NCBI GenBank assembly: GCA_964621785.1
Contig: CAZUPD010000021.1
Coordinates: 2,009 to 66,008, forward strand
Direction: 5' to 3'
Length of the DNA stretch: 64,000 nucleotides
Source of the DNA: an uncultured Nannocystaceae bacterium
Lineage (GTDB): Bacteria > Myxococcota_A > Polyangia > Nannocystales > Nannocystaceae
Below the pieces are notes generated by a model. It did no database searches and was not told the origin of the DNA. It saw only the letters and a list, made by a program, of their open reading frames with translations. A program made the position numbers and the translations under genes. Positions 17,911 through 27,411 of this stretch are shown here, piece by piece (within the stretch, counting starts at the first letter, position 1; every line of letters starts with the position of its first letter).

Positions 17911-19962
17911 GTGGAAGATCCGCACGCGTTTGAGCGCCACCGGTGAAAGCTGGCCCAAGGGGGTGTAGATCAGTTTTTTGCCCATGCGCCGGGCGAGTTG
18001 GCGCAGGGCGGGGCGCGGCGGATCCGGGGCGACAAACACGACAAACGTCTCCTGTGTATGGTCGAGGGCGGCGAGCAGCAACACCTCGGCCTTGGTCTGG
18101 GCGTACTGCAGGTAGTAGCTATCTTCCCACACCCCAAACATCGTGCCCGGCGGGCGGTGGAGGACAAAGCCCCCGTACAGCGCGCGACCGATCCCTGGAC
18201 CGATGATCTGCGAGTAGGGGTCGGTGGCAAAAAGTGCCATGTCCCCCTCGTCCTCGTGCTCGCCCTGCCAGGTCATCTGCCATGGGTAGCGGGGTTCGCC
18301 GTCCTCGCCCTTGCCCTGTCCGCGCCCCGGCAGCGGTTCATCTTCGAAGATGAGGATGACATCACCTGCCCGCCCCTTGAGCCTCTGGTGTATATGCACA
18401 TAGATTGTGTTCTCGTGCCAGTTGCGGATCGTTTCGCGGATGTCGATGCCGTCGTGGAGCGAGCTTGTAAACGGGACGGAGCGGCTGTTTTGGGCCGACA
18501 ATACGCGGATGCTGCGTTTTCTCAAAAAAGCCCCGTAGTGTTCTAACGCCACATCTTCGGGGGGGTAGGAGCAGATCCCGTGTCCGGGCTTGAAGCGTTT
18601 GGCCCACTCGCCCGGACGCATTTCCTTGGGCCGGGTGCGGATCACTCGCATCATGCGTTTACGGCGTTGTAACAGGCGTGGCCGGAAGCGGATCGTACGC
18701 ACATTTGGGTGGATGTCGCGGAGGTTGAGGTCGATCGGCGTGACATCTGGCTTGTCGGTCTGCCACGGATAGGTCGTTGCGACCTCCCATACTTCGTGGG
18801 CATAGCTGTCGTCGGCAAACCCCCGGGCGGCGATCACCAGTTGGTAGAGGTCGGGCCCCAAGCGGCCCTCGGTCAGTGCGTAGCGACAGGCGTAGCGCAG
18901 CAGTCCAAAAAGTGTACCCGGACGCAGGTTTTCGCCGGTACGTGTGTGGTGGCGGGTACGGGCGTCGCGGCACAGTGCCAGGAGGACACCGAGTCGGCCG
19001 GTTTTGAGATCCTGGGATGCACCTCGGGTGTCTGAGCGTTCGTCTCGATTCGCCTCGCGTTTGGGCTGTCCCCCAGGTCCTGTCGATTTGGCAAGACGTT
19101 GCCGACTGGGGTTGGCGAACAGTTGAATGATCGATCCCTCGTCTGTCGTGGGTTTCGCGGGCTTGGGGGTTGTTTGAACCCTGCGCGCGCGTTCAAAGGC
19201 TGCTTGGACAAACGCGACCTCGGTCGGAACTTCGCGGCTCGAGGACTCACTCAGGTGGTGGACCACCGCATCGTCGCGGCGAACCCGACGCAGCGGCGTC
19301 AGGACTTCGGCGTCGAGTGGCTGTAAAAGATGCTGTTGCAAGTTTTCGATGACACCACGAGCGTGGTGGAGACCGCACAGCAGCAGAATCGGTCGTTCGG
19401 GTTCGGACGTCTCGCGGGCACACAGGCGGGCGAGATGGACCGCCATGGTCTGTTCCCGGGCATCGTCGAGGGGGTCGCGCTGGCTGATTGCCGCGGCCGC
19501 CAACGCGGTCTCGAGATAGATCTTGGCACCGACGCGTTCGGCCGCCAACGGATCGGGCAGACGGTCGCGAAACGCCGGGTAGCGATCGACATCGCGGTCG
19601 ACCAGATGCACGGGAATCTCGAGTTCAGCGGCGCGGCGCACCGCTTCGACCAACGCGTCGGCGGGCTCGATCGGCAGGTACACCGGCCGTCCGTGTTCGC
19701 TGCGACTTTTGTAGGTCACGACACTCAGCAGCGGCAGCCGGGACACCGCCCGGAGGATCGGTTTGCGCAGGCTTTCGGGATACTCCACCGCGATCGCCCG
19801 CGGGCGCAGGGCATCGATCACGACGTGGGCGAGCCAGGCGAATTCGAGTCGGCCGTGGAGCACCGGCAAGACCATCACAGGCCCGCAGAGTAGCCCTAGA
19901 TCGGCAAAATCCCTGCGGGTGAGTGCGAGCTTGTCAGGTGGGTGGTAGCGGGCTTCGGTCAT
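17854..19962 (-). CDS. large uncharacterised protein, N-terminus TraB/GumN/DUF5682-like (tentative)
   Basis: 702-aa ORF located 48 nt downstream of the AAA_5 ATPase gene. The N-terminus VMVLPVLHGRLEFAWLAHVVIDALRPRAIAVEYPESL resembles the TraB/DUF5682 opening motif. I saw no VWA MIDAS motif. Confidence 0.65.
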   Translation of the reverse strand: MTEARYHPPDKLALTRRDFADLGLLCGPVMVLPVLHGRLEFAWLAHVVIDALRPRAIAVEYPESLRKPILRAVSRLPLLSVVTYKSRSEHGRPVYLPIEPADALVEAVRRAAELEIPVHLVDRDVDRYPAFRDRLPDPLAAERVGAKIYLETALAAAAISQRDPLDDAREQTMAVHLARLCARETSEPERPILLLCGLHHARGVIENLQQHLLQPLDAEVLTPLRRVRRDDAVVHHLSESSSREVPTEVAFVQAAFERARRVQTTPKPAKPTTDEGSIIQLFANPSRQRLAKSTGPGGQPKREANRDERSDTRGASQDLKTGRLGVLLALCRDARTRHHTRTGENLRPGTLFGLLRYACRYALTEGRLGPDLYQLVIAARGFADDSYAHEVWEVATTYPWQTDKPDVTPIDLNLRDIHPNVRTIRFRPRLLQRRKRMMRVIRTRPKEMRPGEWAKRFKPGHGICSYPPEDVALEHYGAFLRKRSIRVLSAQNSRSVPFTSSLHDGIDIRETIRNWHENTIYVHIHQRLKGRAGDVILIFEDEPLPGRGQGKGEDGEPRYPWQMTWQGEHEDEGDMALFATDPYSQIIGPGIGRALYGGFVLHRPPGTMFGVWEDSYYLQYAQTKAEVLLLAALDHTQETFVVFVAPDPPRPALRQLARRMGKKLIYTPLGQLSPVALKRVRIFHVLSDHGARKDATTFIDAP

Positions 19963-20010
19963 CGTGCCGACAGATGTTGTATCAGCAAATTTTAGTGCAG
20001 AAGAGGCAGC

Positions 20011-20883
20011 TCAAAGGTCGTCGAGGTCGTCGAACGTCAAGATCCGATGGCCCGGCAAGTATTGCAACGCATCGTCGCCCAACATTTGCCGGGTCGCGTG
20101 GCCCAAGACCTCGTGGCGGATCTCGTCGGTCAGCGGTTCGTTGCGGCTCGCCGCGAGCTTGAGGGCGTAGCGGGCGATGTTGATGCCGTCGCGGACCGTG
20201 AACGGTTCGTCGCGTGCGTGGGCGCGTTGCAAAAACACCGACAGGTAGTGGAGCACGCGATCGTCGGCAAACGGAAGGTTGGCACGGAGGATCGCGAGTT
20301 CCTCATCGCGTTCGGGAAAGTCGATCAGGATCTGGGGTTGCAGGCGACTGTGGATGTACTCCGGGATATCGAAGGTAGACGAGTCGTCGTTCATGGTCGC
20401 GCAGATGCGGAACTCGGGATGGGCCTTGATCTTGATGCCGGCGATCACCGACTCGACATAGCGACGGCGGTCGAGCAGGGGTGCGAGCGAAGCCCAGCTC
20501 TTTTCACTCATGCGGTTACCTTCGTCGAGGATGCACACGCCTCCGGTGATCATCGCACTGACCAGCGAGCTGGCGACATAGCGGAGCTTGCGGTCGTCGG
20601 CGATCACAGGTTGTACAAGCAAGTCCTCTGGGCGGGTGTCCATGGTCGCCTGAAACACGTAGATCGGCATGCCCAAGTTTTTCGCTGCAGCGGCGGCGAG
20701 CGTGGTCTTGCCAACACCTGGCTTTCCGACCAGACGCGGTGAAAGTGGATAGTCTTCGGGGTCGAGGACCATCCACGCGGCGAGTAATTGGCGACGCAGC
20801 TCCTCGCGTCCGACCCACTCCCAGTCGAGTTCATCCGGTGGCGTGAGGTGGAGTTCGACGCCCGATATCACGGTGGTCCGCAT
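20011..20883 (-). CDS. AAA_5 (MoxR/CbbQ-like) ATPase
   Basis: Walker A GKPGVGKTT, Walker B VCILDEGNR, and KIKAHPEFRICATMN. ATG 20883 is preferred over the TTG at 20919. Confidence 0.85.
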   Translation of the reverse strand: MRTTVISGVELHLTPPDELDWEWVGREELRRQLLAAWMVLDPEDYPLSPRLVGKPGVGKTTLAAAAAKNLGMPIYVFQATMDTRPEDLLVQPVIADDRKLRYVASSLVSAMITGGVCILDEGNRMSEKSWASLAPLLDRRRYVESVIAGIKIKAHPEFRICATMNDDSSTFDIPEYIHSRLQPQILIDFPERDEELAILRANLPFADDRVLHYLSVFLQRAHARDEPFTVRDGINIARYALKLAASRNEPLTDEIRHEVLGHATRQMLGDDALQYLPGHRILTFDDLDDL

Positions 20884-21050
20884 GCCCGGCGGTATACCTG
20901 CAGCCCGCCCATCGCCCAATAAACGCGGCTTGGGTTATGTAGGTGTATGTGGGCATGCTTGGCTCCACACGGGAGTTTGCGTGGGTTTTTTGGTTGCGAT
21001 GACCAGCTGACTACACTGCAAAGGCCGGGGCACCGCCTCGGTTTTTCCGC

Positions 21051-22607
21051 ATGCGACGTCTGTTCCCGATCCTCACCGTACTCGCGCTGGGGTTGTGCTG
21101 GTCGGATGCGACGGCGATAGCCGGGCCCGAAGTGGCGAACGCGAGAGCGTCGAAGGCCGGGAACGATCCGTCGGAGGAAAACCGGTCGGATGCGACCGCG
21201 GGCGAGTCAGTCGAGAACAAGGACTTGGTCGAGGAACAGCCGGTCGAGGACAAACCGACCGAGGAACACACGTCCGATGCGGTTGAGAAATCGGCGGAGT
21301 CGAACGCGACGGGGAGATCAACCGAGAAATTGGCGGACTCCACAAAAGGCAGTTCGGCGAACTCGAAAACCACGAAGAACTCAGCGAACTCCAAAAAAGG
21401 CAGTCCGGCGAACTCGAAAACCACGAACTCGAAAACCGAGAAGTCGGCGGACTCGCAAACCAGGAAGTCGAACTCGAAAACCGAGAAGTCGGCGGACTCA
21501 AAAACCGAGAAGTCGAACTCGAAAAAGAAGAAGTCGAACTCGAAAACCAAGAAGTCGAGCTCAAAAAACCACAAGTCGGCGAGTTCGAAAAAAAGCAAAT
21601 CGGCGGACTCAAAAACCAAGAAGTCGAAAGCCGCGAAGGCCGCGTCCAAACGCAAACCGGGGCACCGCGACTGCGAGTACCGCACGCCGATCTACGAACA
21701 CAAAGTTGAGGCCGGCGAGCATCTCGGATCGATCGCCGGGCGCTACGGTGTGCGGCGAGCCGACATCGTCGGACTCAATCCCAGCCTGCAAAAAAATCCT
21801 GATCTCATTCACCCGGGGCAAACCCTGCGGGTGTGTCCAGACATCGCCCCGCGGCGTCGCGTCGAGAAGATCCACGAGGTCGTCAAAGGCGAGAGTTTGG
21901 GCAAGATCGCCAGTCACTACGGACTGACGCTGCGCGAGGTGATCGGTCTGCAGGACAAAAAGTTGCGTATGCAACTCGAAAAAAATCCCGATGCATTGTG
22001 GATCGGCACCAAGCTCAAGATCCTCGCCGAAGAGGAGGAGCTGGAGGTCTATAAGCCACCGGACGAAGATCAGGGGCGTTTGCCGGTCGGAATGAAGCTG
22101 GGCGAGCGCAAAGGGGTGTTGATCAAACGCTCGCACCTGGCTTGGGGGACCAAGGCGACGATCAAGGCTGTCGAACAGGCGATCCGCACCTACCACCGGC
22201 GCAAGCCTGGCGGGCCCAAGGTCCGTGTCGGCGACATTAGTAAAAAAGGCGGCGGACCGCTGCGCGGGCATCTTTCGCATCAACGCGGGATCGATGTCGA
22301 TGTCGGGATCATCCACAAGGGAAACAAACGCAACGCCGAGCGATTTACCCACGCGACCAGCGAAAATCTTGATGTTGCCCGTACCTGGGCTCTGCTCAAG
22401 GCATTTATCGATACGCAAAAGGTCCGTGTGATCTTTTTGGACTATGCCCTGCAAAAACGTCTGTACAAGTATGCGCGTACACAAGGTGTCTCAGAGGACA
22501 CGCTCGCGGAGTTGTTTCAATACCCGCGCGGACGGGGACGGGCGTCGGGGATTGTCCGTCATTGGCGAAGCCACCGCGGGCATTTGCATGTCCGCTTTCG
22601 CCGGTAA
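21051..22607 (+). CDS. mepA: penicillin-insensitive murein endopeptidase (M74, MepA-like) with two LysM domains and a K/S-rich repeat region
   Basis: Signal peptide. Two LysM-like segments (HKVEAGEHLGSIAGRYGVRRADIVGLNP; HEVVKGESLGKIASHYGLTLREVIGL). M74 motifs GHLSHQRGIDVDVG and HRGHLHVRF. Confidence 0.8.
   Translation: MRRLFPILTVLALGLCWSDATAIAGPEVANARASKAGNDPSEENRSDATAGESVENKDLVEEQPVEDKPTEEHTSDAVEKSAESNATGRSTEKLADSTKGSSANSKTTKNSANSKKGSPANSKTTNSKTEKSADSQTRKSNSKTEKSADSKTEKSNSKKKKSNSKTKKSSSKNHKSASSKKSKSADSKTKKSKAAKAASKRKPGHRDCEYRTPIYEHKVEAGEHLGSIAGRYGVRRADIVGLNPSLQKNPDLIHPGQTLRVCPDIAPRRRVEKIHEVVKGESLGKIASHYGLTLREVIGLQDKKLRMQLEKNPDALWIGTKLKILAEEEELEVYKPPDEDQGRLPVGMKLGERKGVLIKRSHLAWGTKATIKAVEQAIRTYHRRKPGGPKVRVGDISKKGGGPLRGHLSHQRGIDVDVGIIHKGNKRNAERFTHATSENLDVARTWALLKAFIDTQKVRVIFLDYALQKRLYKYARTQGVSEDTLAELFQYPRGRGRASGIVRHWRSHRGHLHVRFRR
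21340..21640 (+). repeat. imperfect tandem repeats encoding the NSK(T/K)EKSADS low-complexity region
   Basis: Repeated gaactcgaaaaccgagaagtcggcggactc-type units are visible in the sequence. The protein reads ...SKTEKSADSQTRKSNSKTEKSADSKTEKSNSKKKKSNSKTKKSSSK... Confidence 0.8.
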
Positions 22608-22753
22608 GTGCATCTACATTTTGTCGTTGGATGACGATTTCGCGTAGCACCCTCTATGCGAACGGTTCGTTCCGAGTGTTTCCCGGGTTTGCTAGCGGGT
22701 CGCGTCGCTGAAGCTTTTGCCACGTCTCGGTGGAAAAACCACCGGCGGATCGG

Positions 22754-23785
22754 TCACACAAAATTCGTTCGCCCGTGGACATCGACTCGACCCGCCGGAT
22801 CGAGGCCGAGGCTGCCTCCGGGCCATAGTATGTGCATCCGCGAACGGTCGAGCCCGCGGGCGGCGACTTCGTGTGCGAGCACCCGAGGACCGGCGTCGAC
22901 CGCCTCATCGGACAGGTCAAATGCGCCCCAGTGCATGCCGACAAAGTGTTTCGCCCGAAGATGTGTAAATGCATCGAGTGAATGCTCGGGCCCCATGTGT
23001 TGGGTCTGCATAAACCACCGTGGTTCGTAGGCTCCGAGCGGCAGACAGGCGAGGTCGATGCCGTCAAACACGTCGCCTATCGCTTGAAAACCTTGAAAGT
23101 ACCCGGTGTCGCCTGAATGGTAGATCGTGTGGGAGCCCCGCAAAACAAACCCTCCCCACAGCGCACGGTTGGTGTCGATCACCCGTTGGTGCCAGTGCTG
23201 GGCCGGAACCAGGCAGATGTCGACAGCTTTGAGACGAACCGATTGCCACCACTCGAGCTCGATGATGGTGCGACAGTTGCCGGGGAGGCAGCGACCGAGG
23301 TTTGTAGGTACAATAAAAATGAGGTCGGGGCCGAACCGGCGGGCAAGAGCGCGTAGACTGGCCGGGTCGAGGTGGTCGTGGTGTCCGTGGGTGACGAGTA
23401 CAGCGTCGATCTGTGGCAGTTCGTCGGCCCCAACTGCTGCCCGGGTCACCCGCGGAATCAGACCCCCCGCGCGGCCGAAGAGCGGATCGATGACCACCCG
23501 GATCCCGTCGAGCTCGAATAGAAAACTCGCGTGGCCGATCCATAAAAGACGTGTCGTTCCAGCCAGGTGGTTGAAGGCCGCGAGTGGGTTTGCAACGACT
23601 TCGAGTGGACCGAGCCTACGAGGGCCGCGCTCGCGGGTGACTCGCCATTTGAGTACATCGCGCAGGCCGACCAGCGGCGCATCGCTCCACGGGTTGTGAA
23701 ACTGCTTGCCCCTTCGATTGGAGGCAAACATGTCTGGATAGGCATGTTTGATGCTATCCGGGATTTCGAGCGGGTGGGGCTGCAC
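22754..23785 (-). CDS. MBL-fold metallo-hydrolase (NAPE-PLD/COG2220-like)
   Basis: VLVTHGHHDHLD (HxHxDH) and the N-terminal FHNPW motif. GTG start at 23785; an ATG alternative exists at 23731. Confidence 0.8.
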   Translation of the reverse strand: MQPHPLEIPDSIKHAYPDMFASNRRGKQFHNPWSDAPLVGLRDVLKWRVTRERGPRRLGPLEVVANPLAAFNHLAGTTRLLWIGHASFLFELDGIRVVIDPLFGRAGGLIPRVTRAAVGADELPQIDAVLVTHGHHDHLDPASLRALARRFGPDLIFIVPTNLGRCLPGNCRTIIELEWWQSVRLKAVDICLVPAQHWHQRVIDTNRALWGGFVLRGSHTIYHSGDTGYFQGFQAIGDVFDGIDLACLPLGAYEPRWFMQTQHMGPEHSLDAFTHLRAKHFVGMHWGAFDLSDEAVDAGPRVLAHEVAARGLDRSRMHILWPGGSLGLDPAGRVDVHGRTNFV

Positions 23786-23981
23786 TCACGAGTCGTTGTG
23801 GACTGCAATCGCAGAACTGTCAACGCATGGCGGTTTCGATGTCGGGACGGTCGCTTTGAACTCGAGGACGACAGCGAGTCGGCCGAGTGGGTCTCGCTCG
23901 AAACTCGAACACGTGATTGAATCGAATCTGAACGGGTGAGGGCACGGGGGAGCTGGCCGCTACATAAAATGCATATACATC

Positions 23982-24743
23982 TCAAAGTAGCCAGGGTATC
24001 ACTGCACGGCGCTTTGGGGGGTAGTCCGGGAAGGTTTCGCGGTACCAGCGGTGGTGGGTGAGTGCGCGCGGGATCAGGTTGGCGGTTGTAAACACGGCAA
24101 AGCTCAGGCCCGCGAGGGACCAACAGGCGATCGCCCAGCCAAACCACTGCAGGGTTTCGCCGAAGTAGTTGGGGCAGGAGATCAACTTGTAGGCCGGGCT
24201 GTGGGGGATTTTGTAGCCGGTCTCGCCCGGCTTGCGGAGGTTGAGCAAAACTTGGTCGGCGTGGCGGTTGAGCGCGAGGCCGCCGACAAACAGGGACAGG
24301 CCGATGACAAATCGCGGATCGGTGAGCCAAGCCTCGCTGTACCCCGGACCGAGTTCGCTGAGGTAGCGGGCATTGAGGTAGGCGTTGATGGTGTTGAACA
24401 CAAAGCCCATCGCGACCACGGCCACCGGTGTCGGGCGTCCGCCGGGTTTGAGGCGCAGTGGGTAGATGAAGGTCCGGTAGAGGTAGTGGCTTTGCCAGGT
24501 CGCCAACAAGATGAGCGGGACCAGGTCGGTGGCCCGCGACCCACACAGGTAAAAGCCAAAAAACGCGAGTACAGCTGGGGATTCCATGACAACCCAGGCC
24601 AGCCGCGTGTTCATGGTCGGCCCCCAGCCTTTGCGTTGGTGCCGGCCGTAGGGGGCAGAGATCAGCAGCAAGGCGACCGCAGTACAGGCTGCGGTGAGAA
24701 ACACACCCCACAACAGGAGTTCGTACAGCGCAGGTTCGTTCAC
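23982..24743 (-). CDS. 3-oxo-5-alpha-steroid 4-dehydrogenase (SRD5A/polyprenol-reductase) family membrane protein
   Basis: C-terminus CPNYFGETLQWFGWAIACWSLAG...RALTHHRWYRETFPDYPPKRRAVIPWLL matches the Steroid_dh signature. Multi-TM. Confidence 0.8.
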   Translation of the reverse strand: MNEPALYELLLWGVFLTAACTAVALLLISAPYGRHQRKGWGPTMNTRLAWVVMESPAVLAFFGFYLCGSRATDLVPLILLATWQSHYLYRTFIYPLRLKPGGRPTPVAVVAMGFVFNTINAYLNARYLSELGPGYSEAWLTDPRFVIGLSLFVGGLALNRHADQVLLNLRKPGETGYKIPHSPAYKLISCPNYFGETLQWFGWAIACWSLAGLSFAVFTTANLIPRALTHHRWYRETFPDYPPKRRAVIPWLL

Positions 24744-25072
24744 GATGCCTCACCCTGGCGCGCACACACCTGTTTGAGCAAGGTCAGCGAGGGGTAGCCG
24801 AGGAGCAATGTCTGCAGGGTCCAGGCGGGGGCGACGGCGTGGAGGCCGTGACGAATCGCGAGGCGATGTGCAACGCGAGCTTCGAGCACATGGGCGAACA
24901 CAGCACCGATCCAGATCCCCCAGAGTACGGGCCGGCTGAACACGTCGGTGACATGCTCACACCACCACTCGTAGGCGGCGTCGCAATGGACAAGGACGGC
25001 GACCAAGCCGAGGCCGCCCAAAATCAAAATCCACCACGCGGGGTGAGGACGCAAAACTTTTGACGCCGACAT
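24740..25072 (-). CDS. small 3-TM membrane protein (TMEM254/DUF4499-like, tentative)
   Basis: 110-aa ORF whose stop overlaps the next start in ATGA (24740-24743). Hydrophobic segments: WWILILGGLGLVAVLV, VLWGIWIGAVFAHVL. Confidence 0.55.
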   Translation of the reverse strand: MSASKVLRPHPAWWILILGGLGLVAVLVHCDAAYEWWCEHVTDVFSRPVLWGIWIGAVFAHVLEARVAHRLAIRHGLHAVAPAWTLQTLLLGYPSLTLLKQVCARQGEAS

Positions 25073-25167
25073 GGGCGGGATGATGGCGTGTCCTGGTGCG
25101 GGCGTCTACGGTCTGCTCGAGTTGTCGGTGCTTGCGGTCACCTCGCATCGACAACGTTCGAGTCAGA

Positions 25168-25830
25168 TCACCACGGCAGGCGTTCGCCGTTTTGATGCCA
25201 AAATCCGCCGCTGGTCTCGAGCGTGAGCTCGTCGATTCGGGCGATCAGGCCGCGGGCCGATTCGTCGACATCGCACAGGCCGCGGCCTCCGGTCATGTCT
25301 GTTCGGACCCAGCCCGGGTGCAACAGGGCGACGGCAATACCCACCGAGCGCAGGTCGTGGGCGAGCGAAACACCGGCCATATTCACAGCCGACTTCGACA
25401 TCCGGTAGCCGTAGCTGCCGCCGGAGGTGTTGTCGGTGATCGATCCCATTCGGCTGGTGATGATGGCGACCTTCGAACCAGCGCGCAGGTGTGGGCGCAG
25501 CGTGTCGACGACCCGCAGCGGACCCATGGCGTTGACCTCAAACTGCTCGCGGATCGAGTCGAAGTCGAGGGCGTCGAGGCTGGTGCGCCGCAGGATGCCG
25601 GCGTTGTTGACGAGGATGTCGATGCTGTCGACGGACAGACGGGTTTTTAGTGTGGCGAGACTGTTCGCGTCGGCGACGTCGATCTCATCGACGATGTCGA
25701 CTCCGATGTCGCGGAGTTCTGGGGTCGCTCGACGACACAGCGCGACGACACGATCGTTGCGGGCTTTGAACTGACGCGCGAGTTCGAGTCCGATCCCGCG
25801 GTTGGCTCCGGTGATGACGATGGTGGCCAT
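25168..25830 (-). CDS. short-chain dehydrogenase/reductase (C-factor/CsgA-like SDR subgroup)
   Basis: ATG 25830 gives MATIVITGANRGIGLELARQF (TGxxxGxG). NNAG and the YGYRMSKSA (YxxxK) motif are present. Confidence 0.85.
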   Translation of the reverse strand: MATIVITGANRGIGLELARQFKARNDRVVALCRRATPELRDIGVDIVDEIDVADANSLATLKTRLSVDSIDILVNNAGILRRTSLDALDFDSIREQFEVNAMGPLRVVDTLRPHLRAGSKVAIITSRMGSITDNTSGGSYGYRMSKSAVNMAGVSLAHDLRSVGIAVALLHPGWVRTDMTGGRGLCDVDESARGLIARIDELTLETSGGFWHQNGERLPW

Positions 25831-25998
25831 GGCCGGGAGACTACCGTATGGATCGCGCACGTCGGACACGTGGTGTGTTTGAAAAAACCCTCGGCTCGGA
25901 CGGAGGTTGCACCGGCGTGGGCAAGGCACCTGTGGGACGAGCAATCCGAGGATCTCGTTGATGCTACATTGATTTGAAACCGCGCGTCGGCGAATAGA

Positions 25999-26037
25999 CC
26001 ACGCCCGGACCCTCGTTCGACGAGGAGCCGGGCGTGG
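25999..26037 (-). terminator. strong hairpin after the OYE gene
   Basis: CCACGCCCGG (25999-26008) pairs perfectly with CCGGGCGTGG (26028-26037), with an inner CTCG/CGAG stem. It lies 25 nt past the stop at 26062. The U-tract is poor. Confidence 0.4.
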
Positions 26038-26061
26038 TGGTGTCGCAATCGAGACGGGCGT

Positions 26062-27393
26062 TTAGGCGACGCTGGCCCGCTTGTTCTTCGCGACTCGTTC
26101 GTCCTGTTTCGGCGGATCTGTTTTGCGTCGGTGCACGCGGGTGCGGTTGACCTCGGGGTTGTAGCAGACACCGGGCATCCCGAGCATTTGCGGCAGGAGG
26201 CAGCGGTTGCAGCTCTCGCAGGCGGTCTTGCGGTCGGTCGGTGCGGCGGCCTCGGCCAGCAGACGCTCCGCGAGTTTGGGCTCGGCGTAGAACGGACGCC
26301 CGACGCCGACCATGTCGGCATCGCCGCTTTCTAGAATGTCGGCGATCTGGTTGGAGGTCCGAATGCCACCGACTGCAAACACGGGGATCGACGTCGCCCG
26401 TTTGACGGCGCGGAAGACCTCGCGGTTCCAGATCGGTTCAAACGGAAACCGCCGGGCCGAGATGATGGTGCCGAGACGCAGGGTCTCGAATTTGAGTCGG
26501 CTGCCGGTCGCCTGAAGGATTTTGCGGCGCAGACCTTTTTGTTTGAACGACACGCCCGGGTAGTCGCCGCGGCAGATTCCGGTGTTGGACACGACGTCGG
26601 CGGCCACCGGGGTCAGTGCATCAAAACCCGCTTGCTCGGCGAGCTTGGCATACACGAGCCCATCTTCTAATTCGATGCCTCGGAACATCGGGTTTTTTTC
26701 GACGGCCGTGAACTTGAGGAGGACCGGGTAGTCCTTGCCGGCCTCGCGGGCGATGGCTTCGCGGATGCCGATCAGAAGTTGCATCCGGGCTTCGACGCTG
26801 CCGCCGAAACGATCGCGGCGGCGGTTGTAGATCGGGCTGAGGAACTGGTGCAGCAACTTGGCGTTGGAGCCGGCGAGTTGGACACCGTCGTAGCCGGCCT
26901 CGCGCGCCCACGAGGCGACGATGCCAAAGCGTTCGATCAGTTGCTCGACTTCGGCGGTCGTCATGACATGGATGCCGCCGGGGTGAAACGCGTGCATCCA
27001 GGCGCGCAACGGACTCGGAGCCCAGGGGCCGTGGGTGCGTTTGGGGCGGTATTCGGTGTGCCACGCCTCGAGGGCAAACGCCCCGCCGTGACCCAACTGG
27101 ATCACGATTCGACCGCCTGCTTTGTGGATGGCTTCGGTCAGTGGACGCAGTGCGAGCATCCGCGGTTTGTCATCGATCACCGACATCCCGGGCGATGTCC
27201 GACCTTCGGGGGTGACGATGGTATTGCCTTGGATCACCAGTCCCAAGCCGGCTTTGACATTGGGCACGAAGTGGCGGGCGTAGACCTTGGCGGGATCAGG
27301 AGCAGAACCTGCACCTTCCAACACGGGGGCGCGGTACAGGCGATTACGAAGCTTTAGAGTTCCGATGGATAGGGAGTCAGTCAAACGGGGCAT
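26062..27393 (-). CDS. NADH:flavin oxidoreductase (Old Yellow Enzyme family) with C-terminal Cys cluster
   Basis: The N-terminus LSIGTLKLRNRLYRAPV and TIM-barrel OYE-like body are present. C-terminal CESCNRC...GVCYN resembles the 2,4-dienoyl-CoA-reductase Fe-S motif. Confidence 0.8.
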   Translation of the reverse strand: MPRLTDSLSIGTLKLRNRLYRAPVLEGAGSAPDPAKVYARHFVPNVKAGLGLVIQGNTIVTPEGRTSPGMSVIDDKPRMLALRPLTEAIHKAGGRIVIQLGHGGAFALEAWHTEYRPKRTHGPWAPSPLRAWMHAFHPGGIHVMTTAEVEQLIERFGIVASWAREAGYDGVQLAGSNAKLLHQFLSPIYNRRRDRFGGSVEARMQLLIGIREAIAREAGKDYPVLLKFTAVEKNPMFRGIELEDGLVYAKLAEQAGFDALTPVAADVVSNTGICRGDYPGVSFKQKGLRRKILQATGSRLKFETLRLGTIISARRFPFEPIWNREVFRAVKRATSIPVFAVGGIRTSNQIADILESGDADMVGVGRPFYAEPKLAERLLAEAAAPTDRKTACESCNRCLLPQMLGMPGVCYNPEVNRTRVHRRKTDPPKQDERVAKNKRASVA

Positions 27394-27411
27394 GGGGTTC
27401 TCGCTTTTCGG

